From a virus (taxonomy: Duplodnaviria > Caudoviricetes), in the IMG/VR virus record IMGVR_UViG_3300042554_001750: 64,000 bases of DNA, one strand, 5' to 3'. How positions within the stretch are numbered: position 1 is the stretch's first letter; each line of letters starts with the position of its first letter. Positions 1 through 11,337 of the stretch are shown here, piece by piece. The translations under genes and the position numbers were made by a program. The notes below the pieces were generated by a model that saw only the letters and a program-made list of their open reading frames with translations, did no database searches and was not told the DNA's origin.

Positions 1-1787
1 CTAATTTTATAGCAGGTAGCGGCTCAGGTGGAAACTTAACTGGTGCTAATGTGATTAGTGCCAATACATTTATTGGTGCATTTGCCAATGGTAATAGTAA
101 TGTTAACATTCCAGCAGCTAATGGCAACGTTACCGTAAGCGTAGCTGGTAATGCAAATATATTAACTGTTACTGGCACAGGCGCAAATATTTCTGGTACT
201 GGTAATTTTACTGGAAATTTATCAGCAGCAAATGCAAGTTTAGGTAATCTTGTTACTGCTAACTTCTACACCGGGGTATTAACAACAGCAGCACAACCCA
301 ATATTACCAGTCTTGGTACATTAGGCAGTTTGACGACAACCGGTAATGTAAGTGTTGGTGGAAATTTAAGTGTTACTGCCACTAGTAACTTAGGGGCGGT
401 AGCCAACGTAGTCATCACTGGTGGAAGCAATGGACAAGTACTAACAACAAATGGTAGTGGCGGTCTTAGCTGGACGACTGTAAGCGGGGGTGGAGGTGGC
501 GGTGGCGCCAGTATAAGCAATGGCAACAGTAACATCAATATTGCCACTGCTAACGGTAATCCCACAGTAAGCGTAAACAACACAGCTAACGTGGCAACAT
601 TCTTGAGCACTGGTTTGCAAATAGGCAATGCCACTGGCGGTAACGTCACTGGTGCCAATGTGATTAGTGCTAATACACTGAGTATTGTGAACGAAACTGT
701 TACTGGTAACAGTAACATAGGCACATTAAGTGTTACAAGCAACGTCACAGTGGGTGGTAATATTACCACTGGCGCTAGTGGTAACGGTGGTAATATCACC
801 GGAGCAAACCTAATCAGTGCCAACAGTTTGATTACCACTGGTAATGCCAATGTGGGTAATTTGACTGTGGGTTCAGGCACTGGCGGTAACATAACTGGTG
901 CAAACGTAATAAGTCTTGTTACATTACTAGCTAGTGGAAATATAACTGGCGCCAACATTACAAGCAATGGTAATGTGCAAGTGGGCAATGCCAGCGGTGG
1001 AAACATCACTGGGGCTAATGTAATATCTGCTAATACCTTATTAGTAGCCACAGCCAACATTTCAGGAAACACCACAACAGGAAATATCACAGTGGCCAGT
1101 AATGTGAGTGTGGCTGGCAATATTTTGACTGGAGGAGGAAACGGCGGTAATATTACGGGTGCTAATTTAATTACTGCTAATAGCATAGTATTAGCAGGCA
1201 ATGCCAACGTTGGCAACTTGACGATAGGAGCTGGTACTGGTGGCAATATCACTGGCGCCAACGTGATTAGTGCTACTACATTCACTATGGCTAGTGTGGA
1301 TAATGTGTACCCAATTGTAAGAGCCACAGTACAAAACACAACTTCTGGTACAAATGTAGATTTTACTGGTATTCCAACTTGGGTTAAAAGAATTACATTG
1401 ATGTTAAGTGGAGTAAGTACAAGCGGAACAAACAATTGGTTAATCCAAATCGGAACTTCCAGTGGTGTTGAGAGCAGTGGTTATTTGGGTGTAGGTGCGT
1501 ATCTAGGGGCTACCCCCAGTGGCACAAACTATACTACAGGCTTTGGTCTTTTTATCACTGGTGCGACTCATGTGATGCATGGAACTATTGTTCTTACTTT
1601 GCTTTCTGCAACAGCTAATACATGGACTTGTTCAGGTAGTTTAGGCGGCACTGGCGCTGCTGCTGGGTACATATACTCAACTGCTGGAGCAAAATCTTTG
1701 ACTGGGACTCTAGACCGAGTAAGGTTAACAACAGTCGGCGGCACTGACACATTTGACGCAGGTTCAGTCAACATAATGTATGAATAA
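1..1787 (+). CDS. Tail-fibre-like virion protein, 5'-partial (frame open from window start)
   Basis: Frame is open from position 3; many GGNITGAN(V/L)ISAN repeats; G/N/T/V-rich; distinct globular C-terminus. Confidence 0.7.
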   Translation, partial: NFIAGSGSGGNLTGANVISANTFIGAFANGNSNVNIPAANGNVTVSVAGNANILTVTGTGANISGTGNFTGNLSAANASLGNLVTANFYTGVLTTAAQPNITSLGTLGSLTTTGNVSVGGNLSVTATSNLGAVANVVITGGSNGQVLTTNGSGGLSWTTVSGGGGGGGASISNGNSNINIATANGNPTVSVNNTANVATFLSTGLQIGNATGGNVTGANVISANTLSIVNETVTGNSNIGTLSVTSNVTVGGNITTGASGNGGNITGANLISANSLITTGNANVGNLTVGSGTGGNITGANVISLVTLLASGNITGANITSNGNVQVGNASGGNITGANVISANTLLVATANISGNTTTGNITVASNVSVAGNILTGGGNGGNITGANLITANSIVLAGNANVGNLTIGAGTGGNITGANVISATTFTMASVDNVYPIVRATVQNTTSGTNVDFTGIPTWVKRITLMLSGVSTSGTNNWLIQIGTSSGVESSGYLGVGAYLGATPSGTNYTTGFGLFITGATHVMHGTIVLTLLSATANTWTCSGSLGGTGAAAGYIYSTAGAKSLTGTLDRVRLTTVGGTDTFDAGSVNIMYE

Positions 1788-1795
1788 GGTCAAAC

Positions 1796-3820
1796 ATGAT
1801 ATTAGGTAATGTAGCAATCACAGCAGGCACAGGATTCGGAAATTTAAATGATCCTAACTACAACAATGTGGGATTGTTATTGACTGGGGCTGGCGGTACT
1901 AACGGCGCCACCAATAATACATTTCTAGACAGTAGTCCATATGGTCAGACTGTAACTCGCAACGGTGATGTAACGCAGGGTAGTTTTACACCTTATCTTG
2001 GATATTACGGTGCTTATTTTGATGGTAGTGGTGATTATTTAAGTATCAACTATTCATCGGGATCAACTATAGCAGGTGACTTTACTTGGGAAACCTGGGC
2101 ATGGGATACCGGTGCAACTGCATTTGGAACCTTATTGGGTTGGAGAACTGGGTCGCCTTGGCAGGGATTTTTAATCCAAAGAAACAATAACAACAATTTA
2201 TCTGTCTACATCAATCAGTCTGGCGGCCTGACTATAACACAAACTAGCAACACATATTTAACAAATCAGTGGAACCATGTGGCACTGGTCCGTTCAGGAT
2301 CAACAGTTACATTATATGTAAACGGTACAAGTGCAGGTTCAGGTACATATTCAGGCAGTTTCAACCCAGGAACTAGTTATTGGATAGGTTCCGACCCCTT
2401 AAACAACATTGCAACAGTTCAGTTACAAGGTTACATAAGTAATCAAAGATTTGTAAATGGCACAGCAGTTTACACCAGCAATTTTACCCCTAGCACTACG
2501 CCACTAACTGCTGTTACAAATACAACTTTACTAACCTGTCAAAGCAATCGTTTCGTTGATAACAGCCCCAATAACTTTGCTATCACCCGCAACGGTAACG
2601 TTACAGTAACACATTTTAACCCATTCACTTGGAACGGTGGGCCATACAGTACCGCATTCAACGGCGGCAGTATGTATTTTGATGGTAGTGGGGATTTTCT
2701 TACAACACCCAGTTCAGGAATAATTAATTTTAGTAGTAATTCATTCACAATTGAAACTTGGTTTTACACAACTTCAACGGCACACCAAACAATTATTGAA
2801 AGACGAACAACTGGGTTTGTAACTGGGGATTGGTTGTTATTTATCAACGAATCGGCCGGCAACATGACTTTTTATGTTGCTGACGTAGGCGGTGCAGCCG
2901 TGCTAACAGCAGCCAGTGTAGTAGTGACCAATACTTGGACCCATGTGGCAATAGTTAGGAATGGCTCAAATTTTAGAATGTATGTAAACGGAACTTCAGT
3001 TGCCACAGCTACGAGTTCAGCGACCATTGGTAATAACTCAGAATCAATTACAGTTGGTAGAGATAATGTCAGTGGCGGGCGATTTTTCTTTACGGGATAT
3101 TTGAGTGGTCTTAGAATTATCAATGGCACGGAAGTTTATACATCTAACTTCACCCCACCCACACAACCCTTGCAACCCGTTTTAAACACTGTATTATTAT
3201 TAAACGGCACCAACGCTGGCATAGTTGACCGTTCAGAAAACAATAATTTAGTAACAGTGGGCAACACTAGTTTAAGCACTGCACAAACAAGATTTAACCC
3301 CACTAGTATATTTTTTGATGGCACAGGAGATTACTTAACTACCATTGACAACCCAGCTTGGTCTCTATTAACAAGTAATTTTACTATTGAATTTTGGTAT
3401 AACCCCACATCTATAGCAGCAAATCACATACTAGTACAGCAAGGTGCCGATGTCAATAACAGATGGATTTTGTATTGGTCAACCACTACTGGCATGAGTT
3501 TTGACGTAGCATCAGCCAGTTCAACTATAATTGCTTGTAGACAAGGTGCAACCACAGGGTGGACGGCAGGCACTTGGTATTATGTTACTTTGGTTAGAAA
3601 TGGCAACGTCTTTACTATATACCGTAATGGTGTTTCTATAGCCACCCTAACAGACACCGATAGTATACCTGATTTTAGTGGATTGTTATACGTGGGCGGC
3701 GGAAACTTGTCAGGTGATACTTCTCTGAACGGTTACATTGACGATCTTAGAATTACACCCGGTGTGGCCCGCTATACATCCAACTTCACACCACCAACCT
3801 ATTCACCATTGGGATTCTAA
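1796..3820 (+). CDS. Concanavalin A-like lectin/LamG domain virion protein
   Basis: Three repeats of the YFDGSGDYL...FTIE.W...W.HVA.VR.G...YVNG...GYI..LR pattern. Confidence 0.85.
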   Translation: MILGNVAITAGTGFGNLNDPNYNNVGLLLTGAGGTNGATNNTFLDSSPYGQTVTRNGDVTQGSFTPYLGYYGAYFDGSGDYLSINYSSGSTIAGDFTWETWAWDTGATAFGTLLGWRTGSPWQGFLIQRNNNNNLSVYINQSGGLTITQTSNTYLTNQWNHVALVRSGSTVTLYVNGTSAGSGTYSGSFNPGTSYWIGSDPLNNIATVQLQGYISNQRFVNGTAVYTSNFTPSTTPLTAVTNTTLLTCQSNRFVDNSPNNFAITRNGNVTVTHFNPFTWNGGPYSTAFNGGSMYFDGSGDFLTTPSSGIINFSSNSFTIETWFYTTSTAHQTIIERRTTGFVTGDWLLFINESAGNMTFYVADVGGAAVLTAASVVVTNTWTHVAIVRNGSNFRMYVNGTSVATATSSATIGNNSESITVGRDNVSGGRFFFTGYLSGLRIINGTEVYTSNFTPPTQPLQPVLNTVLLLNGTNAGIVDRSENNNLVTVGNTSLSTAQTRFNPTSIFFDGTGDYLTTIDNPAWSLLTSNFTIEFWYNPTSIAANHILVQQGADVNNRWILYWSTTTGMSFDVASASSTIIACRQGATTGWTAGTWYYVTLVRNGNVFTIYRNGVSIATLTDTDSIPDFSGLLYVGGGNLSGDTSLNGYIDDLRITPGVARYTSNFTPPTYSPLGF

Positions 3821-3823
3821 CAC

Positions 3824-5839
3824 ATGTTTTTAACATCTGGACTTACAATCACAGGCGGACTTACTATAGGCACACCCAGCGATAGTACCAGTCCCAGAAA
3901 CGCATTATTATTGAGTGGCAACTACGGCGTCAACAATGGAACCAACAATACATTCCTAGATAGCAGCTCCTATGCTCAAACTGTTACTAGAAACGGTGAT
4001 GCCACACAGGGCAGTTTTACGCCCTATGATTTTAACTACAGTGTGTTTTTTAACGGTAGTAGTGATTTCTTACAATTACCCAGTAATACTGCGTTTGTGT
4101 TGGGCACTGGTAATTTTACTATTGAATGCTGGGTCTATTTTAATTCTTTATCTACAACTCAGCATATTATTGACATGCGTGGTGGTGCCGCTGCTGCGGT
4201 CGGTGTAGCCATTTATATGACTTCTAGTACAATTAGATTCTACACAGCAAACGCAGACCGAATTACCAGTTCAAGTATATCTGCTGGCACCTGGTATCAT
4301 GTGGCTGTAGTGAGAAATTTTGGCACAACTACAATGTACCTGAATGGCACAGCCACTGGCAGTACATATGCCGATACCAATAGTTATATTATTAACGGTC
4401 CTTTTATTGGCAGATTCAGTGGCAGCGCAGCAGATTTTATGAACGGTTATATCAGTAACCTACGCATCACACGTGGTCAAGCATTGTATACGGCCACGTT
4501 TACACCACCCACTGCCACACTCACAACTACCAGTCAGGCTGCAACCGCTAGTAACGTGGCTGCACTGGTATGTCAGAGTAACAGATTTATGGATAACAGT
4601 CCCAACAACTTCACTGTAACTGTAAATAGCGCGCCACGAATTGCAGCGTTTAGTCCGTTTGTGTTGCCCTACAGTTACAATCCAGATGCTGTCAATAGAT
4701 TTTATGTAGGTAGTGGATATTTTGATGGTACTGGGGACCAGTTGTCAGTAGCTTATAGTACTTTACTTAATCCTTCTAGCGGCGTTGATTTTACTATAGA
4801 ATGTTGGGCGTATTGTACGGCACGAACTGACTCCCACAATGTGGTAAGTATGAATAGTACCACTTTAAGTAACTGGAGAATAATAGATGATAGTGGCTCA
4901 TGGGTATGTACTTTGGGTAGTGCTACTGTAACTGGCAGTACTGTAAGACTACATACCTGGACGCATTTGGCCATGGTTCAATCATCAAACAATTTACTAT
5001 TTTTTGTAAATGGAGTACAGCAAGGCAGCACTACTGCCATTACCTCATGGAATACTAATAGCATTCCACTAACTGTTAGTGGCAGAAATGGCGGTGACAG
5101 AATTTTTACTGGGTACATAGCTAACGTTCGTGTTATTAGAGGTACAGCAGTTTACACCACAGCATTTACACCACCCACACTACCATTGTCCACAGTAAAC
5201 AACACTGTACTATTACTTAATTTCACTAATAGTAATATACCCGATTATACCATGAACAACAATTTGGTCACAGTGGGTGACGCAAAACTATCAAGCACAG
5301 TAACCAAATACAATCCCTACAGTATTGCGTTTGATGGTACTGGTGACTATTGCCAATTTAGAATGACGGATGTTAATAAATTTGGATCAATGGATTTTAC
5401 TATTGAAGGCTGGATTTACAGAAATAACTCGTCCGACGGCGGATTTTACACGGATAGAGCTACTTCGCCGGATTACTCAGGTTTATCTATTACTATCAGA
5501 ACGAATCAAATCGCAATCCTTGCTTCTGTGAACGGTAGTACCTGGGGAATTAATACAGTGGCTACACCAACAGGCAACACAGTGTCAGTGACTGCATGGG
5601 CGCATATAGCAATTACCAGAAGTGGCAGTACTTGGTATGTGTTTATTAACGGCGTATTAAGTTATTCTCAAACATTGGCTGGTACTCTAGTACAATCACA
5701 AAATACAGCGTACATAGGTGCAGACATTCCTGATTCAAAGTATCTGAATGGATACATAGATGATTTACGTATCACAAAAGGATTAGCCAGATACACAGCC
5801 AACTTCACTCCACCACAAGGACCATTGCCACTGGCCTAA
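3824..5839 (+). CDS. LamG domain virion protein, paralog of the previous gene
   Basis: Same three-LamG layout; near-identical N-terminal NNTFLDSS.Y.QTVTRNGD.TQGSFTPY block. Confidence 0.85.
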   Translation: MFLTSGLTITGGLTIGTPSDSTSPRNALLLSGNYGVNNGTNNTFLDSSSYAQTVTRNGDATQGSFTPYDFNYSVFFNGSSDFLQLPSNTAFVLGTGNFTIECWVYFNSLSTTQHIIDMRGGAAAAVGVAIYMTSSTIRFYTANADRITSSSISAGTWYHVAVVRNFGTTTMYLNGTATGSTYADTNSYIINGPFIGRFSGSAADFMNGYISNLRITRGQALYTATFTPPTATLTTTSQAATASNVAALVCQSNRFMDNSPNNFTVTVNSAPRIAAFSPFVLPYSYNPDAVNRFYVGSGYFDGTGDQLSVAYSTLLNPSSGVDFTIECWAYCTARTDSHNVVSMNSTTLSNWRIIDDSGSWVCTLGSATVTGSTVRLHTWTHLAMVQSSNNLLFFVNGVQQGSTTAITSWNTNSIPLTVSGRNGGDRIFTGYIANVRVIRGTAVYTTAFTPPTLPLSTVNNTVLLLNFTNSNIPDYTMNNNLVTVGDAKLSSTVTKYNPYSIAFDGTGDYCQFRMTDVNKFGSMDFTIEGWIYRNNSSDGGFYTDRATSPDYSGLSITIRTNQIAILASVNGSTWGINTVATPTGNTVSVTAWAHIAITRSGSTWYVFINGVLSYSQTLAGTLVQSQNTAYIGADIPDSKYLNGYIDDLRITKGLARYTANFTPPQGPLPLA

Positions 5840-5872
5840 CACACAATAAATACATACTGTACAGGAACAAAC

Positions 5873-8800
5873 ATGATTATAGGACCCGGTGTAAACATTC
5901 AAAGTGGCGTGAACATGGTAGTGCCACAGGACCAATTCTTTGCCAACGAAACACTATTGTTGAGCTATGGACCCAATGTTGCCCCGGCTGGTGATGCACA
6001 GAGTTTTACACAAGATGCCAGCACTAACAATTTCGCAGTCACAATCAATGGTGACGCCAAAAACGAAACATTCAGCCCATTCTGGCCTGATGGGTATTGG
6101 AGTAATTATTTTGATGGTGCCGGGGATTGTTTAACAGTTCCTTCAAACGCAACTTTTGCTTTTGGCACAGGCAATTTTACGATAGAATGTTGGGTGTATC
6201 TATCTGCTTATAATGGCACTTACGGTAGTCAAATTTTTGGAGGCCATAATTATGGTGTTGGTGCAGATTTAATTTTCATGGTAAATACAACAGGAAAATT
6301 ATATTTTCAGATATCTGGAAGTTCTACTGGCGCGATAACATCAACATCATCAGTATCTCTTAATACATGGACACATGTTGCTGTAGTCAGAAGTGGAGGA
6401 ACGGTCACACCTTACATAAACGGCACCAACGCAGGAGGAGGTGCATCATATACTACCTCAATATCAAGCACTATAAATCCAGGTATTGGATCTAGCTCTA
6501 ATAATAATAATGCTGCCGCTCTGACTGGATACATTTCAAATTTGCGTGTAGTAAACGGCACCGCAGTTTACACTTCAGCATTTACTACACCCACTGCCCC
6601 ACTAACTGCCATCACAAACACCAGCTTGCTAACATGTCAGAGCAATCGGTTTATTGACAATAGTACTAATAATTTCGCTATTACTGTCAATGGTAATACC
6701 TCAGTCACAGTCACAGAACCCTTTGGATTCAGACTGGGTACTGTTACTGCCACAGTACCCAACTCTAGCGCTGTCACTAGTGGATACAGTAGTACAGCGT
6801 TTAATGGTACTAGTGATTATCTTGTAAATACCACCATCTCAAACCCCCTGTATAACTTATCTTCTGGCAGTTGGACCGTTGAAGCCTGGATATATAAAAC
6901 TGCAAGTGGTGCGGCATCAATTTTGACTTTGGTTAATGCCGCCGGAAACAATAGCGGGTTGAGTTTTTATGTAAATGCCTCTAATCAGTTAGCACAGGAT
7001 AACGGTGTTACTGGAACCACTGCTGCTGGAACGATCCCCTTGAACACTTGGACTCATGTGGCTGCTGTGTGCAATGGCACAAACACAACATTATACATTA
7101 ATGGTGCGAGTGTGGGTAGTGCCATTACTCAACTCCCTAACACAGCGCAATTTATTTATTTGGGTTCTACAGCCACTCCTAACCAATTTTTTCCTGGATA
7201 CATTAGTAATCTCAGAATTACCCGGGGAGTAGCAGTTTACACCGGTAACTTCACTGTACCCACAGCACCATTAGGTTTGACACAAAGCGCCGGTACAAAT
7301 ATAAGTGCGATCACCACTGGTCAAACTGTATTCCTGCTTAACGGCACAACTTACGGGAATAACAAAAACTATATTGACAGTAGTACTAATAATTTTTCTG
7401 TCACATTGAACGGTAATCCCTCACAAATTCCACTCACGCCGTTCTATGGCACTAACTACGGCATGCAGGTCACCACAAGTGATAGCATTGCTGTTCCCAA
7501 CATAAACTTTGCTAGTAACAATTTTACAATTGAAGGCTGGTACTATTTTACTGGTACGACTTTTGCTGTAGGAAGTCCCGCATTAACTAATTTCTGGGGA
7601 ACAACGAACGGCACTGGCGCAGTCCCTAAATTAATATTGAGTGCAGACGCTACCAATTTGACTCTTTTACAAACTAGCACAAACATTGTTCAAAATGCTC
7701 ATGGCATGGTACCTAATCGTTGGTATCATGTGGCAGTGGTAAGAACAGGTACAGGAGCCAATCAGGTATTTATATATATTAACGGCACTGCCATAAACAC
7801 TACTTCAACAGCACTGGGATCATTATCAGGTATAACCGGGGTTTTTAACATAGGTTTTGCCGGTGAAGCGTACGGAACCAGATTTCAGGGCTACATCAGT
7901 AATTTCCGAATGGTAAACGGCACCGCACTTTATACCAGTGCTTTCACACCATCTACTACACCCCTGACTAATATCAGTAATACATTCTTATTAACCTGTC
8001 AAAGTAGTAGATTCGTTGACAATAGTAATTTTGGCGCCACAATCACGCGCACTGGCAATCCCGCAATATCTCAATTTATACCATTCAATGTCACATATAG
8101 TGCGGCTCTTTATGGTGGCAGTATGTACTGTGCAGCAACAAGTGACTTTGTGAGTTTCGCACCAGCCGGCACCGACTCATTTGGTACCGGTAATTTTACA
8201 GTTGAATGCTGGTTAAATCCACTGGCTGCTACAGCAGTAAACTTGAGTTTGCCCAGCGCCAACACAAACACTTGGGGATTTCTTACATTCAGTGGTCAAT
8301 TGTATTGGCAAGAAAACGGAAGCAATCTAGGAGGTGGCGGATTTGGCTCAGTAATTCAACAGGCCTGGAATCATTTAGCAGTATGTCGTTCAGGCACAAC
8401 CATCAGATGGTTTGTAAATGGCATACAAGTCAACAGTGCCACAAACAGTTTCAACTACAGCGGAGCACCGGCCACCAGAAACATTGGTCCAGGATCAGGT
8501 GGCAGTGCACCGGCAATAATATCTAACTTTAGAATTGTAAGAGGCACTGCGTTATATACCGCATCGTTCACACCACCCTCAATACCATTAACAGCGGTAA
8601 CCAACACCAGCTTGTTATTAAATACCAACAATGTGAACACTTACGACTTGACATTGAGCAATCCTGTTACCAATGTGAGTGGCGCCAGTCAGAGCACACG
8701 CCAGCCATTTACTGTTCCTACTACTGGAATTACATACTCGGGCGTATCTACATTCGGCAGTGCTTACTTTGATGGTACTGGTGATTATCTAAATAATATT

Positions 8801-11299
8801 GGTACGGCAAGTAGTTTTAATTTTTTACACAATAGTAGTGCGTTATTTACCGTAGAAGCCTGGGTATATACTACTGCAGGTGGAGTTCAAAGAACTCTAA
8901 TTGACACCAATGGAGCAGGTTCAGCAGGTATTGGAACTCTGGTTTTAATTGATACTGACAACACATTGCGAGTATTTATAACCAAAGGATCATCCGGTAA
9001 TCCTGTTTGTGATAGCAGATCAAATTCCACTGTGCCACTAAATCAGTGGGTGCACCTTGCCGTCACATATGATCAATCTCTTGGATCAACAAATGCTAAG
9101 TTTTACATAAATGGTGTTGCTTCAGGCACAGGAAATAAAACTGCAAATGCTCCTACAAATTCTAATGCATCATATTCAATGGCGATAGGTTCTTACAATG
9201 GACCAGGATCATATTTTACAGGATTTATTAGTAATTTACGAATAAACAATAGTATTGTGTATACGTCAGCCTTTACACCATCTACATTTCCATTATCAGC
9301 TATACCCACAACCAGTCTGCTCACAGTTCAGCAAGACGGTCCAGCCAACAACAGTGGTTTCATTGACAGTGGCCCCAACAACCTATTAGTCACTCGCAAT
9401 GGCAACACCACACAGGGCAGTTTCACACCCTACTGGCCCAATGGGTACTGGAGTAATTATTTTAATGGCAGTTCTGGACTACAACTGCCCTCAAGCAGTG
9501 CATTCAGTATAGCAACATCTACTACTCCATTTACTATAGAAGCCTGGATCTACCCCACTGCCAGCGGCGGTGCCATTTTTTCAGAACAATGGCCTCAAAC
9601 GGGAGCAGTAAATATAGCTTTCACGCTATCAGATGGAACAAATGTTTACGGATCTGGTTTATTTCCGGCCTTAGGCTATTATAATGGTACTAGCTGGGTC
9701 ACAGCAGCGGAATCAAATACTGCTGTTGTTTTAAACACATGGTCACATCTGGCTGTGGTTTTTACAGGATCAACAACTAGAATTTATATAAACGGCATTG
9801 ATAGAACAGCCTCCAGCCCGACACCAGCAACCACTTGGGGTGTAACAGGAAACAACGGTGAAGGTTGGTACATCGGTCGCAATTGGGACACAGTTTCTAC
9901 TATCTATTTTACTGGATACATAAGTAATTTAAGATTTACAAATGGCACTGCTGTGTATACTACAGCCTTCACACCTTCTATTACTCCACTGACAGTGACA
10001 GCAAATACTACATTATTGGCATGCCAGAGTAATAGATACCGAGATAATAGTATAAACAATCTTTCTTTTACTGTATCTAACGGTACTCCCAGTGTCCAAC
10101 GATTCCAACCCTTTAGTCCTCCGGCGGCATACACTCCGGCTCTATACGGTGCCAGTGCGTATTTTGATGGTACTGGAGATTCATTACAAACAACCAATAA
10201 TCCGTTATTAAATCTGCCTGGAGATTTTACGATTGAATTGTGGGCTTATTTCACGGTACTAAGTGGCAACCGCATATTATTAGAGCGTTGGGCATCCACA
10301 ATTAGTGGCACCTGGCAATTTTATTGGAGAGGCACCGGTACATCAATAGTCTGGTATGTAGTGGATACTATTATAATTCAAGATCCGTCAGCCACTACAA
10401 TTGCCGTAAACACATGGAATCACATTGCAGTTTCACGTTCAGGTACTACAGTTAGAATGTTTATTAATGGTGTTCAGGTAGGTTCAGCTACAAACAGCAA
10501 CACTCTTACAAATACACAAACATTGAGTGTGGGACGACAAGCATCAACCGGTACAAATGATTTTATTGGTTATATGTGTGATGTCCGTATTACAGCATCG
10601 GCGTTATATACCAGTAACTTTACACCACCTACCCAACCATTGCAACCAGTTGCTAATACACAGTACTTGTTGAATGTCAACAATGCAGCAATTTATGATC
10701 GCACCGGTAATAATGACTTAGAAACATTGGGCGGTGCACAAACAGTCACTAGCGTTCGCAGACTGGGCGCGGGGTCTATGTATTTTGATGGAAATGGAGA
10801 TTATCTGAATATTCCTTCAGGGCCCATTAATAATCTGACTCAATCTAATTTTACTATAGAATTTTGGATGTATCCCACTGCTACTCCCGCAACCGCAGGA
10901 TGGCTGTATGCCAACGTTGTTTCTGGCGCTACTTATGCAGTATCTTTGTCCTATCGCTCAACAAATAGATTTGAAATCTATTTCAAAACCACAGGTGGTA
11001 CAACATTCGGTCTGACAACTTCTACGGGCACTGCTCCGTTAAATACATGGAGTTACATCACACTCACAGTTTCAGGTTCAACTGCATATTTCTTTATAAA
11101 CGGAGTACTAGATAGCACTATTGCATTATCCTCTAACATTGTTGGTGCCGGTACTCAATCATATATAGGATTTGAATCTCCAGCAGGCGCCAGTTCTTTC
11201 TTTTATACCGGATATTTAGATAATTTTCAAATTACTCGTGGTGTAGCCCGTTACACCGCAAACTTCACTACACCAGTAAATAATCCTATCTATCAATAA
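5873..11299 (+). CDS. Large multi-LamG virion protein (1808 aa)
   Basis: About seven LamG-type repeats joined by LL.CQSNRF.DNS.NN linkers. Confidence 0.85.
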   Translation: MIIGPGVNIQSGVNMVVPQDQFFANETLLLSYGPNVAPAGDAQSFTQDASTNNFAVTINGDAKNETFSPFWPDGYWSNYFDGAGDCLTVPSNATFAFGTGNFTIECWVYLSAYNGTYGSQIFGGHNYGVGADLIFMVNTTGKLYFQISGSSTGAITSTSSVSLNTWTHVAVVRSGGTVTPYINGTNAGGGASYTTSISSTINPGIGSSSNNNNAAALTGYISNLRVVNGTAVYTSAFTTPTAPLTAITNTSLLTCQSNRFIDNSTNNFAITVNGNTSVTVTEPFGFRLGTVTATVPNSSAVTSGYSSTAFNGTSDYLVNTTISNPLYNLSSGSWTVEAWIYKTASGAASILTLVNAAGNNSGLSFYVNASNQLAQDNGVTGTTAAGTIPLNTWTHVAAVCNGTNTTLYINGASVGSAITQLPNTAQFIYLGSTATPNQFFPGYISNLRITRGVAVYTGNFTVPTAPLGLTQSAGTNISAITTGQTVFLLNGTTYGNNKNYIDSSTNNFSVTLNGNPSQIPLTPFYGTNYGMQVTTSDSIAVPNINFASNNFTIEGWYYFTGTTFAVGSPALTNFWGTTNGTGAVPKLILSADATNLTLLQTSTNIVQNAHGMVPNRWYHVAVVRTGTGANQVFIYINGTAINTTSTALGSLSGITGVFNIGFAGEAYGTRFQGYISNFRMVNGTALYTSAFTPSTTPLTNISNTFLLTCQSSRFVDNSNFGATITRTGNPAISQFIPFNVTYSAALYGGSMYCAATSDFVSFAPAGTDSFGTGNFTVECWLNPLAATAVNLSLPSANTNTWGFLTFSGQLYWQENGSNLGGGGFGSVIQQAWNHLAVCRSGTTIRWFVNGIQVNSATNSFNYSGAPATRNIGPGSGGSAPAIISNFRIVRGTALYTASFTPPSIPLTAVTNTSLLLNTNNVNTYDLTLSNPVTNVSGASQSTRQPFTVPTTGITYSGVSTFGSAYFDGTGDYLNNIGTASSFNFLHNSSALFTVEAWVYTTAGGVQRTLIDTNGAGSAGIGTLVLIDTDNTLRVFITKGSSGNPVCDSRSNSTVPLNQWVHLAVTYDQSLGSTNAKFYINGVASGTGNKTANAPTNSNASYSMAIGSYNGPGSYFTGFISNLRINNSIVYTSAFTPSTFPLSAIPTTSLLTVQQDGPANNSGFIDSGPNNLLVTRNGNTTQGSFTPYWPNGYWSNYFNGSSGLQLPSSSAFSIATSTTPFTIEAWIYPTASGGAIFSEQWPQTGAVNIAFTLSDGTNVYGSGLFPALGYYNGTSWVTAAESNTAVVLNTWSHLAVVFTGSTTRIYINGIDRTASSPTPATTWGVTGNNGEGWYIGRNWDTVSTIYFTGYISNLRFTNGTAVYTTAFTPSITPLTVTANTTLLACQSNRYRDNSINNLSFTVSNGTPSVQRFQPFSPPAAYTPALYGASAYFDGTGDSLQTTNNPLLNLPGDFTIELWAYFTVLSGNRILLERWASTISGTWQFYWRGTGTSIVWYVVDTIIIQDPSATTIAVNTWNHIAVSRSGTTVRMFINGVQVGSATNSNTLTNTQTLSVGRQASTGTNDFIGYMCDVRITASALYTSNFTPPTQPLQPVANTQYLLNVNNAAIYDRTGNNDLETLGGAQTVTSVRRLGAGSMYFDGNGDYLNIPSGPINNLTQSNFTIEFWMYPTATPATAGWLYANVVSGATYAVSLSYRSTNRFEIYFKTTGGTTFGLTTSTGTAPLNTWSYITLTVSGSTAYFFINGVLDSTIALSSNIVGAGTQSYIGFESPAGASSFFYTGYLDNFQITRGVARYTANFTTPVNNPIYQ

Positions 11300-11337
11300 T
11301 TAAAACTTGATCGTAATACTATATTAGTAAATACACA

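Noticed and set aside
266-1435. 389-aa antisense ORF (likewise 47897-48619 and many short shadow ORFs in the track)
   Set aside because: Mirror of a repetitive sense-strand gene with strong codon bias; no RBS or recognisable motif
1796-11299. Diversity-generating retroelement acting on the lectin genes
   Set aside because: No reverse transcriptase in the window, and no template/variable repeat pair differing only at adenines was seen
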